From Chrysomallon squamiferum (taxonomy: Eukaryota > Animalia > Mollusca), in contig CM022665.1 in assembly GCA_012295275.1 (NCBI GenBank), positions 38,812,001 through 38,876,000 of the forward strand: DNA of 64,000 nucleotides, given 5' to 3'. The translations under genes were made by a program, and so were the position numbers. The number at the start of each line of letters is the position of its first letter. Position 1 is the stretch's first letter. Below the pieces are notes generated by a model. That model was given only the letters and a program-made list of their open reading frames with translations. It made no database searches and was not told the origin of the DNA. Of this stretch, positions 26,494-41,294 are shown in pieces.

Positions 26494-27926
26494 CAACAGC
26501 AACAGTAATAGTATACATACCTTTTAATTTCTAAATAATTCATACTTTACACTAGCAGTATGACATTTTTACAAAAGAAACGATATATTAATACAACAAT
26601 GGAAACGAAATGATGTAATTGTATTTTAGTAGTAAAAGACTTGTTTTCTTTTTTATTCTAATTGTTACTACTACTGTTGCAGAGGTTGTTTTTAGTATTA
26701 TTATTACAACTACTGCAACGTCTACTGTTACTGCTAGTACTACTAACACTAATCCCATCATCATCACCGCCACCATCTCAACCACTACTTCTACTACTAT
26801 TACTGTTGATGCTGCTGCTACAATTACTACCACAACCACTACTACCTCCATCAACACAACTATTATTATTACTTTTTTATCTCTCTGTCCATATAATAAA
26901 TATTATATTATATTTAACTTTATTATCATTATTATTTATAATTTATTTGACTATAACGTTCTTAGTTACTTATTAACTTGTTTATCTTGTAGCAGCAGGA
27001 TTAGAAGTAGTCACAGTAACAAAAGCCATAGGAATAATGGATGTAGCTTGGTGATTGCAATACTGTTAATAGTAATATAGTGATAGTAGGTATAATAGTT
27101 TATGTAGTGATAGTAATAGTAGTAGTAGTAATACTAGTAGTAACTGCAGTAAGAGTAATACTTCATTGTGAAAGTAATATTTTTATGCGGTATTTATTAC
27201 ATAAAACTGCTAGAATATTAATTTTAAGTAGGTAAGTAAATAAATAAATAAATAAAATATTCCGCTAATGGTCCGTCGCTCTTAAAATTTTTGAATCTCT
27301 GTTAGATTATCTCTACGATCCTTAAACATGCGCACTGTGTCCTGTAATCACAGATGTAAAATGTGCCGAAAGCGTCGTTAATTAGACAGTTAAAGCGGTT
27401 TGTGGTGGTTACTCAGTCTTCCGTGCTTTTTTATTGACGGCAACAGGTAATGTTCGGCGTTGGAGATAGATATGGATATAGATAGTAGCCGCGCCTCACA
27501 CCTCGTTATACCACGAGACACGAATACACATGACTCTGGCAAATGTTCATGAATATTTACGAAAGACAAAGCGAAACTTAAATACGAAAGACTTCGAAAA
27601 ACGCACGATAAGATTTGGATTTTTAAAATAAATTAAATATTTAGTAATGAGAGAGTTTGGTGAAATTTCAGAAAGCATCAGATAAAAGGGGAATTAAAAG
27701 TGTCGTGTAAAGCAAAGTTGGAAAGGATTTAGTGTAAACGTGACCAAAGCTGAGCAATACACTGTGACTATGTCATTGTATAAAATACACAGTACTGTGT
27801 ATGAAACAAGCCTGTTTATAAATTCATTCAAACAGACAGAAAAAAAAAAAGAGAAACAGCGAAGGAGATAGAGATGATACATACATACATAGATAGATAG
27901 ATAGATGGTGATAGAGATAGCAAGAG

Positions 27927-28001
<75 letters not shown>

Positions 28002-30353
28002 CATATAGATAGATAGATGAACAGATTGATGAAAGGTGCTTATATTCATACCTTATTCTCGAAATTAAAAATGAATAATATTAATAATTGTCTTTCAGTT
28101 AAAACAATTATATTTTGAAACAGAATAAGTGATCATGTATGTGTGATACTGAATCATTGGTTTTATCTTAAACTCACGATATTTGATGTTTAATACCGGG
28201 TAGGGTTTTTTTAGAACACTTACTCAACGTGTTCCATTCATGTTTGTGTGTATTTGTTTATACATCTTTTATGAACATCTACAGGAATAACTATGTGTGT
28301 GTGTGTGTGTGTGTTTGTATATGTATGTATGTATGCGGGCATATGTATGTATGATTAATATTGTGATTAGAATTAGTATATACTAAACTTTATAAACAAA
28401 AACACATTGTAATGAGATACACATTCAATACTAAATTACTTTGTTAAACTGCATAATTATACTTCTTAGCAAGTGGACGAAATATTACTGATGATTCTCT
28501 CTTAATAATAATCACCATAATATATATTTCTATAAATTAACCAGCCATTATATATATCACATTTCCAACAAATAAATCAAATAAACATTACAAGAATTTC
28601 ATTGGAAGAATGGGTGTTCATTCTGAAGCTCGTGAATCTGTATAATTAATCATTTGTTTTAAATGTACACACATGTGACTATGACTCGCATTAGTATATA
28701 AAAATAATACTGTGTATTAATTCAATGCTTCTGGTTTCGACTGAATGCTTCTCGTTTCTATTGCGAGAATAGAAATATAAGCGATGCAAGGGAGATAACC
28801 TTACCTTTTTATTTTTGCTTCGCCAAAATTTAACGAACATTTGTTTATAATGATGACGATGATCATGACCATGATGATCATGATAATAAAATATTATTAT
28901 TATTATAAGAAGAATCAACAGAATCTGTAATCGTATATATACCTATTAATTTCTAAATAGTTCATACTGTACTCTAGTAGGGTGACATTTTTACAAAAGA
29001 AACGATATATTAATACAGTAATGGAAACAAAATGATGTAATTGTATTTTGGTAGTAAAACGCTTGTTTTCTTTTTTACTGTCGTTGTTACTACTACTGTT
29101 GCAGAGGTTGTTATTAGTACTATTATTACAACTACTGCAACGTCTACTGTTACTGCTAGTACTACTAATACTAATCCCATCATCATCACCGCCACCATCT
29201 CAACCACTATTTCTACTACTATTACTGTTGATGCTGCTGCTACAGTTACTACCACAACCACTACTACCTCCATCAACACAACTACTATTATTACTTTTTT
29301 ATCTCTCTGTCTATATAATAAATATTATATTATATTTATCTTTATTATTATTATTATTATTTATAATTTATTTGACTATAACATACTTATTTGCTTAGTA
29401 ACTTGTTTATCTTGTAGCAGCAGGATTAGCAGTAGTCACAGTAACAAAAGCAATAGGAATAATGGATGTAGCTTGGTGATTGCAATACTGTTAATAGTAA
29501 TATAGTGATAGTAGGTATAATAGTTTATGTAGTGATAGTAATAGTAGTAGTAGTAATATTAGTAGTAACTGCAGTAAGAGTAATACTTCATTGTGAAAGT
29601 AATATTTTTAAGCAGCATTTATTACATAAATCTGCTAGAATATTAATTTTAAGTAGGTAAGTAAATAAATAAATAAATAAAATATTCCGCTAATGGTCCG
29701 TCGCTCTTAAAATTTTTGAATCTCTGTTAGATTATCTCTACGATCCTTAAACATGCGCACTGTGTCCTGTAATCACAGATGTAAAATGTGCCGAAAGCGT
29801 CGTTAATTAGACAGTTAAAGCGGTTTGTGGTGGTTACTCAGTCTTCCGTGCTTTTTTATTGACGGCAACAGGTAATGTTCGGCGTTGGAGATAGATATGG
29901 ATATAGATAGTAGCCGCGCCTCACACCTCGTTATACCACGAGACACGAATACACATGACTCTCGCAAATGTTCATGAATATTTACGAAAGACAAAGCGAA
30001 ACTTAAATACGAAAGACTTCGAAAAACGCACGATAAGATTTGGATTTTTAAAATAAATTAAATATTTAGTAATGAGAGAGTTTGGTGAAATTTCAGAAAG
30101 CATCAGATAAAAGGGGAATTAAAAGTGTCGTGTAAAGCAAAGTTGGAAAGGATTTAGTGTAAACGTGACCAAAGCTGAGCAATACACTGTGACTATGTCA
30201 TTGTATAAAATACACAGTACTGTGTATGAAACAAGCCTGTTTATAAATTCATTCAAACAGACAGAAAAAAAAAGAGAAACAGCGAAGGAGATAGAGATGA
30301 TACATACATACATAGATAGATAGATAGATAGATGGTGATAGAGATAGCAAGAG

Positions 30354-30384
<31 letters not shown>

Positions 30385-31293
30385 TAGATAGATAGATAGA
30401 TAGACATATAGATAGATAGATGAACAGATTGATGAAAGGTGCTTATATTCATACTTTATTCTCGAAATTAAAAATGAATAATATTAATAATTGTCTTTCA
30501 GTTAAAACAATTATATTTTGAAACAGAATAAGTGATCATGTATGTGTGATACTGAATTATTGGTTTTATCTTAAACTCACGATATTTGATGTTTAATACC
30601 GGGTAGGGTTTTTTTAGAACACTTACTCAACGTGTTCCATTCATGTTTGTGTGTATTTGTTTATACATCTTTTATGAACATCTACAGGAATAACTATGTG
30701 TGTGTGTGTGTGTGTGTGTTTGTATATGTATGTATGTATGCGGGCATATGTATGTATGATTAATATTGTGATTAGAATTAGTATATACTAAACTTTATAA
30801 ACAAAAACACATTGTAATGAGATACACATTCAATACTAAATTACTTTGTTAAACTGCATAATTATACTTCTTAGCAAGTGGACGAAATATTACTGATGAT
30901 TCTCTCTTAATAATAATCATCATAATATATATTTCTATAAATTAACCAGCCATTGTTATATATATCACATTTCCAACAAATAAATCAAGAAAAACATTAC
31001 AAGAATTTCATTGGAAGAATGGGTGTTCATTCTGAAGCTGGTGAATCTGTATAATTAATCATTTGTTTTAAATGTACACACATGTGACTATGACTCGCAT
31101 TAGTATATAAAAATAATACTGTGTATTAATTCAATGCTTCTGGTTTCGACTGAATGCTTCTCGTTTCTATTGCGAGACTATAAATATAAACGATGCAAGG
31201 GAGATAACCTTACTCTTCTTTTAGCTTCGCCAAAATTTAACGAACATTTGTTTATAATGATGACGATGATCCTCATCATCATCATCATAATAA

Positions 31294-31329
<36 letters not shown>

Positions 31330-32850
31330 TATTATTATTATTATTATTATTATTATCAACAGCAACAGTAATAGTATACATACCTTTTAATTTCTAAATA
31401 ATTCATACTTTACACTAGCAGTATGACATTTTTACAAAAGAAACGATATATTAATACAACAATGGAAACAAAATGATGTAATTGTATTTTAGTAGTAAAA
31501 CGCTTGTTTTCTTTTTTATTGTCGTTGTTACTACTACTGTTGCAGAGGTTGTTTTTAGTACTATTATTACAACTACTGCAACGTCTACTGTTACTGCTAG
31601 TACTACTACTACTAATCCCACCATCATCACCGCCACCATCTCAACCACTACTTCTACTACAATTACTGTTGATGCTGCTGCTACAATTACTACCACAACC
31701 ACTACTACCTCCATCAACACAACTATTATTATTACTTTTTTATCTCTCTGTCCATATAATAAATATTATATTATATTTATCTTTATTATTATTATTATTT
31801 ATAATTTATTTGACTATAACATACTTATCTGCTTAGTAACTTGTTTATCTTGTAGCAGTAGGATTAGCAGTAGTCACAGTAACAAAAGCGATAGGAATAA
31901 TGGATGTAGCATTGGTGATTGTAATACTGTTAATAGTAGCAGTGATGGTAATGTAGTGATAGTAATGGTAATATTAGTAGTAGTAGTAGTAGTAGTAGTG
32001 GTAGTAGTAATAGTAGTAGTAACTGCAGTAAGAGTAATACTTCATTGTGAAAGTAATATTTTTATGCGGCATTTATTACATAAATCTGCTGGAATATTAA
32101 TTTTAAGTAGGTAAGTAAATAAATAAATAAATAAAATATTCCGCTAATGGTCCGTCGCTCTTAAAATTTTTGAATCTCTGTTAGATTATCTTACGATCCT
32201 TAAACATGCGCACTGTGTCCTGTAATCACAGATGTAAAATGTGCTGAAAGCGTCGTTAATTAGACAGTTAAAGCGGTTTGTGGTGGTTACTCAGTCTTCC
32301 GTGCTTTTTTATTGACGGCAACAGGTAATGTTCGGCGTTGGAGATAGATATGGATATAGATAGTAGCCGCGCCTCACACCTCGTTATACCACGAGACACG
32401 AATACACATGACTCTGGCAAATGTTCATGAATATTTACGAAAGACAAAGCGAAACTTAAATACGAAAGACTTCGAAAAACGCACGATAAGATTTGGATTT
32501 TTAAAATAAATTAAATATTTAGTAATGAGAGAGTTTGGTGAAATTTCAGAAAGCATCAGATAAAAGGGGAATTAAAAGTGTCGTGTAAAGCAAAGTTGGA
32601 AAGGATTTAGTGTAAACGTGACCAAAGCTGAGCAATACACTGTGACTATGTCATTGTATAAAATACACAGTACTGTGTATGAAACAAGCCTGTTTATAAA
32701 TGCATACGACATTCAAACAGACAGAAAAAAAAAGAAGAGAAACAGCGAAGGAGATAGAGATGATACATACATAGATAGATAGATAGATAGATAGATGGTG
32801 ATAGAGATAGCAAGAGAGATAGACAGACAGACAGACTGACAGACAGATAT

Positions 32851-32887
<37 letters not shown>

Positions 32888-33177
32888 CAGACATATAGAT
32901 AGATGAACAGATTGATGAAAGGTGCTTATATTCATACTTTACTCTCGAAATTAAAAATGAATAATATTAATAATTGTCTTTCAGTTAAAACAGTTATATT
33001 TTGAAACAGAATAAGTGATCATGTATGTGTGATACTGAATCATTGGTTTTATCTTAAACTCACGATATTTAATGTTTAATACCGGGTAGGTTCTTTTTAG
33101 AACACTTACTCAACGTATTCCATTCATGTTTGTGTGTATTTGTTTATACATCTTTTATGAACATCTACAGGAATAAC

Positions 33178-33229
<52 letters not shown>

Positions 33230-33787
33230 TATACGTATGTATGTATGCGGGCATATGTATGTATGATTAACATTGTGATTAGAATTAGTATATACTAAAC
33301 TTTATAAACAAAAACACATTGTAATGAGATACACATTCAATACTAAATTACTTTGTTAAACTGCATAATTATACTTCTTAGCAAGTGGACGAAATATTAC
33401 TGATGATTCTCTCTTAATAATAATCACCATAATATATATTTCTATAAATTAACCAGACATTTTTATATATATCACATTTCCAACAAATAAATCAAGAAAA
33501 ACATTACAAGAATTTCATTGGAAGAATGGGTGTTCATTCTGAAGCTCGTGAATCTGTATAATTAATCATTTGTTTTAAATGTACACACATGTGACTATGA
33601 CTCGCATTAGTATATAAAAATAATACTGTGTATTAATTCAATGCTTCTGGTTTCTATTGCGAGAATAGAAATATAAGCGATGCAAGGGAGATAACCTTAC
33701 CTTTTTGTTTTAGCTTCGCCAAAATTTAACGAACATTTGTTTATAATGATGACGATGATCATGACCATGATGATCATGATAATAAAA

Positions 33788-33836
<49 letters not shown>

Positions 33837-34453
33837 AGAAGTATCAACAGAATCTGTAATCGTATATATACCTATTAATTTCTAAATAGTTCATACTGTA
33901 CACTAGTAGGGTGACATTTTTACAAAAGAAACGATATATTAATACAGTAATGGAAACGAAATGATGTAATTGTATTTTGGTAATAAAACGCCTGTTTTCT
34001 TTTTTATTGTCGTTGTTACTACTACTGTTGCAGAGGTTGTTATTAGTACTATTATTACAACTACTGCAACGTCTACTGTTACTGCTAGTACTACTACTAC
34101 TAATCCCACCATCATCACCGCCACCATCTCAACCACTATTTCTACTACTATTACTGTTGATGCTGCTGCTACAGTTACTACCACAACCACTACTACCTCC
34201 ATCAACACAACTATTATTATTACTTTTTTATCTCTCTGTCCATATAATAAATATTATATTATATATATCTTTATTATTATTATTATTTATAATTTATTTG
34301 ACTATAACATACTTATTTGCTTAGTAACTTGTTTATCTTGTAGCAGCAGGATTAGCAGTAGTCACAGTAACAAAAGCGATAGGAATAATGGATGTAGCAT
34401 TGGTGATTGTGATACTGTTAATAGTAGCAGTGATGGTAATATAGTGATAATAA

Positions 34454-34488
<35 letters not shown>

Positions 34489-35292
34489 ATAGTAGTAGTA
34501 ACTGGAGTAAGAGTAATACTTCATTGTGAAAGTAATATTTTTAAGCAGCATTTATTACATAAAACTGCTAGAATATTAATTTTAAGTAGGTAAGTAAATA
34601 AATAAATAAATAAAATATTCCGCTAATGGTCCGTCGCTCTTAAAATTTTTGAATCTCTGTTAGATTAACTCTACGATCCTTAAACATGCGCACTGTGTCC
34701 TGTAATCACAGATGTAAAATGTGCTGAAAGCGTCGTTAATTAGACAGTAAAGCGGTTTGTGGTGGTTACTCAGTCTTCCGTGCTTTTTATTGACGACAAC
34801 AGGTAATGTTCGGCGTTGGAGATAGATAAGGATATAGATAGTAGCCGCGCCTCACACCTCGTTATACCACGAGACACGAATACACATGACTCTCGCAAAT
34901 GTTCATGAATATTTACGAAAGACAAAGCGAAACTTAAATACGAAAGACTTCGAGAAACGCACGATAAGATTTGGATTTTTTTAAATAAATTAAATATTTA
35001 GTAATGAGAGAGTTTGGTGAAATTTCAGAAAGCATCAGATAAAAGGGGAATTAAAAGTGTCGTGTAAAGCAAAGTTGGAAAGGATTTAGTGTAAACGTGA
35101 CCAAAGCTGAGCAATACACTGTGACTATGTCATTGTATAAAATACACAGTACTGCGTATGAAACAAGCCTGTTTATAAATGCATACGACATTCAAACAGA
35201 CAGAAAAAAAAAGAGAAACAGCGAAGGAGATAGAGATGATACATACATACATAGATAGATAGATAGATAGATGGTGATAGAGATAGCAAGAG

Positions 35293-35323
<31 letters not shown>

Positions 35324-35618
35324 TAGATAGATAGACATACAGATAGATGAACAGATTGATGAAAGGTGCTTATATTCATACTTTACTCTCGAAATTAAAA
35401 ATGAATAATATTAATAATTGTCTTTCAGTTAAAACAGTTATATTTTGAAACAGAATAAGTGATCATGTATGTGTGATACTGAATCATTGGTTTTATCTTA
35501 AACTCACGATATTTAATGTTTAATACCGGGTAGGTGTTTTTTAGAACACTTACTCAACGTGTTCTATTCATCTTTGTGTGTATTTGTTTATACATCTTTT
35601 ATGAACATCTACAGCAAT

Positions 35619-35677
<59 letters not shown>

Positions 35678-36232
35678 TATGTATGTATGCGGGCATATGT
35701 ATGTATGATTAATATTGTGATTAGAATTAGTATATACTAAACTTTATAAACAAAAACACATTGTAATGAGATACACATTCAATACTAAATTACTTTGTTA
35801 AACTGCATAATTATACTTCTTAGCAAGTGGACGAAATATTACTGATGATTCTCTCTTAATAATAATCACCATAATATATATTTCTATAAATTAACCAGCT
35901 ATTGTTATATATATCACATTTCCAACAAATAAATCAAGAAAAACATTACAAGAATTTCATTGGAAGAATGGGTGTTCATTCTGAAGCTCGTGAATCTGTA
36001 TAATTAATCATTTGTTTTAAATGTACACACATGTGACTATGACTCGCATTAGTATATAAAAATAATACTGTGTATTAATTCAATGCTTCTGGTTTCGACT
36101 GAATGCTTCTCGTTTCTATTGCGAGAATAGAAATATAAGCGATGCAAGGGAGATAACCATATTTTTTTTTTTGCTTCGCCAAAATTTAACGAACATTTGT
36201 TTATAATGATGACGATGATCATGATAATAAAA

Positions 36233-36287
<55 letters not shown>

Positions 36288-37861
36288 AGAAGTATCAGCA
36301 GCAGCCGTAATAGTATATATACCTTTTAATTTCTAAATACTTTACACTAGCAAGATGACATTTTTACAAAAGAAACGATATATTAATACAGTAATGGAAA
36401 CGAAATGATGTAATTGTATTTTGGTAGTAAAACGCTTGTTTTCTTTTTTATTCTAATTGTTACTACTACTGTTGCAGAGGATTTTATTAGTACTATTATT
36501 ACAACTACTGCAACGTCTACTGTTACTGCTAGTACTACTACTACTAATCCCACCATCATCACCGCCACCATCTCATCCACTATTTCTACTACTATTACTA
36601 TTGATGCTGCTGCTACAGTTACTACCACAACCACTACTACCTCCATCAACACAACTATTATTATTACTTTTATATCTCTCTGTCCATATAATAAATATTA
36701 TATTATATTTATATTTATTATCATTATTATTTATAATTTATTTGACTATAACATACTTATTTCCTTAGTAACTTGTTTATCTTGTAGCAGCAGGATTAGC
36801 AGTAGTCACAGTAACAAAAGCGATAGGAATAATGGATGTAGCTTGGTGATTGCAATACTGTTAATAGTAATATAGTGATAGTAGGTATAATAGTTTATGT
36901 AGTGATAGTAATAGTAGTAGTAGTAATATTAGTAGTAACTGCAGTAAGAGTAATAGTTTATTGTGAAAGTAATATTTTTATGCGACATTTATTACATAAA
37001 ACTGCTGGAATATTAAGTAGGTAAGTAAATAAATAAATAAATAAAATATTCCGCTAATGGTCCGTCGCTCTTAAAATTTTTGAATCTCTGTTAGATTATC
37101 TCTACGATCCTTAAACATGCGCACTGTGTCCTGTAATCACAGATGTAAAATGTGCTGAAAGCGTCGTTAATTAGACAGTTAAAGCGGTTTGTGGTGGTTA
37201 CTCAGTCTTCCGTGCTTTTTTATTGACGGCAACAGGTAATGTTCGGCGTTGGAGATAGATAAGGATATAGATAGCAGCCGCGCCTCACACCTCGTTATAC
37301 CACGAGACACGAATACACATGACTCTCGCAAATGTTCATGAATATTTACGAAAGACAAAGCGAAACTTAAATACGAAAGACTTCGAAAAACGCACGATAA
37401 GATTTGGATTTTTAAAATAAATTAAATATTTAGTAATGAGAGAGTTTGGTGAAATTTCAGAAAGCATCAGATAAAAGGGGAATTAAAAGTGTCGTGTAAA
37501 GCAAAGTTGGAAAGGATTTAGTGTAAACGTGACCAAAGCTGAGCAATACACTGTGACTATGTCATTGTATAAAATACACAGTACTGTGTATGAAACAAGG
37601 CTGTATATAAATGCATGCGACATTCAAACAGACAGACAAAAAGAGAAAGAGAGAAGGAGATACAGATGATACATACATAGATAGATAGATAGATAGATAG
37701 ATGGTGAGACAGGTAGCAAGAGAGATAGATAGACTAGACATATAGCTAGATAGACAGATAGACAAAGAGACAGACAGACAGACAGACAGATAGATAGATA
37801 GATAGATAGATATATAGACAGATAGATAGGATAGTGTAGGATAGGATAGGATAGGATAGAC

Positions 37862-37896
<35 letters not shown>

Positions 37897-40800
37897 GAGA
37901 TTGATTGATTGATACTTTGATAAAGGGACAGACATACAAGATAGATAAATAAATAGATAGATAGATACATAGATAGATAGATAGATAAAAGGTGCTTAAA
38001 ACGCGTTATATTCATACTTTACTCTCAAAATTAAAAATGAATAATATTAATAATTGTCTTTCAGTTAAAACAAATATATTTTTAAACAGAATAAGTGATC
38101 ATGTATGTGTGATACTGAATCATTGATTTTACCTTAAACTCACGATATTTCAGAACACTTACACAACGTGTTCCATTCAGTTTGTGTGTGCGTGTGTGCG
38201 TGTATACGTATGTATGTATGCGGGTATATCTATGCATGATTAATATTGCGATTAGAATTAGTATATACTCAACTTTATTAAAAACACCAAAAAAAAACCC
38301 AACAACATTGTAATGAGATACACATTCAATACTAAGTTACTTTAACTTCATAATTATACTTCTCTGCAAGCAGACAAAATATTACTGATGATTCTCTCTT
38401 AATAATAATCATCATAATATATATTTCTATAAATTAACCAGCCATTGTTATATATATCACATTTCCAACAAATAAATCAAGTAAACATTACAAGAATTTC
38501 ATTGGAAGAATGGGTGTTCATTCTGAAGCTCGTGAATCTGTATAATTAATCATTTGTTTTAAATGTACACACATGTGACTATGACTCGCATTAGTATAGA
38601 AAAATAATACTGTGTATTAATTCAATGCTTCTGGTTTCGACTGAATGCTTCTCGTTTCTATTGCGAGAATAGAAATATAAGCGATGCAAGGGAGATAACC
38701 ATACTTGTTTTTTTGCTTCGCCAAAATTTAACGAACATTTGTTTATAATGATGACGATGATCATGATAATAAAACATTATTATTATTTTTATTGTTGTTA
38801 TTATTATTATTATTATTATAATAAGAAGTATCAACAGCAGCCGTAATAGTATATATACCTTTTAATTTCTAAATACCTTACACTAGCAGGATGACATTTT
38901 TACAAAAGTGACGACATATTAATACAACAATTGAAACAAAATGATGTAATTGTATTTTAGTAGTAAAATGCTTGTTTTCTTTTTTATTCTAATTGTTACT
39001 ACTACTGTTGCAGAGGTTGTTTTTAGTACTATTATTACAACTACTGCAACGTCTACTGTTACTGCTAGTACTACTAACACTAATCCCATCATCATCACCG
39101 CCACCATCTCAACCACTACTTCTACTACAATTACTGTTGATGCTGCTGCTACAGTTACTACCACAACCACTACTACCTCCATCAACACAACTACTATTAT
39201 TACTTTTTTATCTCTCTGTCTATATAATAAATATTATATTATATTTATCTTTATTATTATTATTATTATTTATAATTTATTTGACTATAACATACTTATT
39301 TGCTTAGTAACTTGTTTATCTTGTAGCAGCAGGATTAGCAGTAGTCACAGTAACAAAAGCAATAGGAATAATGGATGTAGCTTGGTGATTGCAATACTGT
39401 TAATAGTAATATAGTGATAGTAGGTATAATAGTTTATGTAGTGATAGTAATAGTAGTAGTAGTAATATTAGTAGTAACTGGAGTAAGAGTAATAGTTTAT
39501 TGTGAAAGTAATATTTTTATGTGGCATTTATTACATAAAAATGCTGGAATATTAATTTTAAGTAGGTAAGTAAATAAATAAATAAATAAAATATTCCGCT
39601 AATGGTCCGTCGCTCTTAAAATTTTTGAATCTCTGTTAGATTATCTCTACGATCCTTAAACATGCGCACTGTGTCCTGTAATCACAGATGTAAAATGTGC
39701 TGAAAGCGTCGTTAATTAGACAGTTAAAGCGGTTTGTGGTGGTTACTCAGTCTTCCGTGCTTTTTTATTGACGGCAACAGGTAATGTTCGGCGTTGGAGA
39801 TAGATAAGGATATAGATAGTAGCCGCGCCTCACACCTCGTTATACCACGAGACACGAATACACATGACTCTCGCAAATGTTCATGAATATTTACGAAAGA
39901 CAAAGCGAAACTTAAATACGAAAGACTTCGAAAAACGCACGATAAGATTTGGATTTTTAAAATAAATTAAATATTTAGTAATGAGAGAGTTTGGTGAAAT
40001 TTCAGAAAGCATCAGATAAAAGGGGAATTAAAAGTGTCGTGTAAAGCAAAGTTGGAAAGGATTTAGTGTAAACGTGACCAAAGCTGAGCAATACACTGTG
40101 ACTATGTCATTGTATAAAATACACAGTACTGCGTATGAAACAAGCCTGTTTATAAATGCATACGACATTCAAACAGACAGAAAAAAAAAGAGAAACAGCG
40201 AAGGAGATAGAGATGATACATACATACATAGATAGATAGATAGATGGTGATAGAGATAGCAAGAGAGATAGACAGACAGACAGACTGACAGATAGATAGA
40301 TAGATAGATAGATGAACAGATTGATGAAAGGTGCTTATATTCATACTTTACTCTCGAAATTAAAAATGAATAATATTAATAATTGTCTTTCAGTTAAAAC
40401 AATTATATTTTGAAACAGAATAAGTGATCATGTATGTATGATACTGAATCATTGGTTTTATCTTAAACTCACGATATTTAATGTTTAATACCGGGTAGGT
40501 TTTTTTTAGAACACTTACTCAACGTGTTCCATTCATCTTTGTGTGTATTTGTTTATACATCTTTTATGAACATCTACAGGAATAACTATGTATGTGTGTA
40601 TACGTGTGTGTGTGGGGGGGTATACGTGTGTGTGTGTCTATACGTGTGTGTGTGTTTGTATACGTATGTATGTATGCGGGCATATGTATGTATGATTAAT
40701 ATTATGATTAGAATTAGTATATACTAAACTTTATAAACAAAAACACATTGTAATGAGATACACATTCAATACTAAATTACTTTGTTAAACTGCATAATTA

Positions 40801-41236
40801 TACTTCTTAGAAAGCAGACAAAATATTACTGATGATTCTCTCTTAATAATAATCATCATAATATATATTTCTATAAATTAACCAGCCATTGTTATATATA
40901 TCACATTTCCAACAAATAAATCAAGAAAAACATTACAAGAATTTCATTGGAAGAATGGGTGTTCATTCTGAAGCTCGTGAATCTGTATAATTAATCATTT
41001 GTTTTAAATGTACACACATGTGACTATGACTGACATTAGTATAGAAAAATAATACTGTGTATTAATTCAATGCTTCTGGTTTCGACTGAATGCTTCTCGT
41101 TTCTATTGCGAGAATAGAAATATAAGCGATGCAAGGGAGATAACCATACCTTTTTTGTTTTGCTTCGCCAAAATTTAACGAACATTTGTTTATAATGATG
41201 ACGATGATCATGATCATGATGGTCATGATAATAAAA

Positions 41237-41294
<58 letters not shown>

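Noticed and set aside
26619-27080. Repeated Thr/Ile/Val-rich ORFs (and antisense 89-aa ORFs) as a tandem gene family
   Set aside because: They derive from degenerate ACT/ATT triplets, are open in several frames and on both strands, often use non-ATG starts, and are frameshifted between copies. Kept only as a low-interest cryptic-exon idea.
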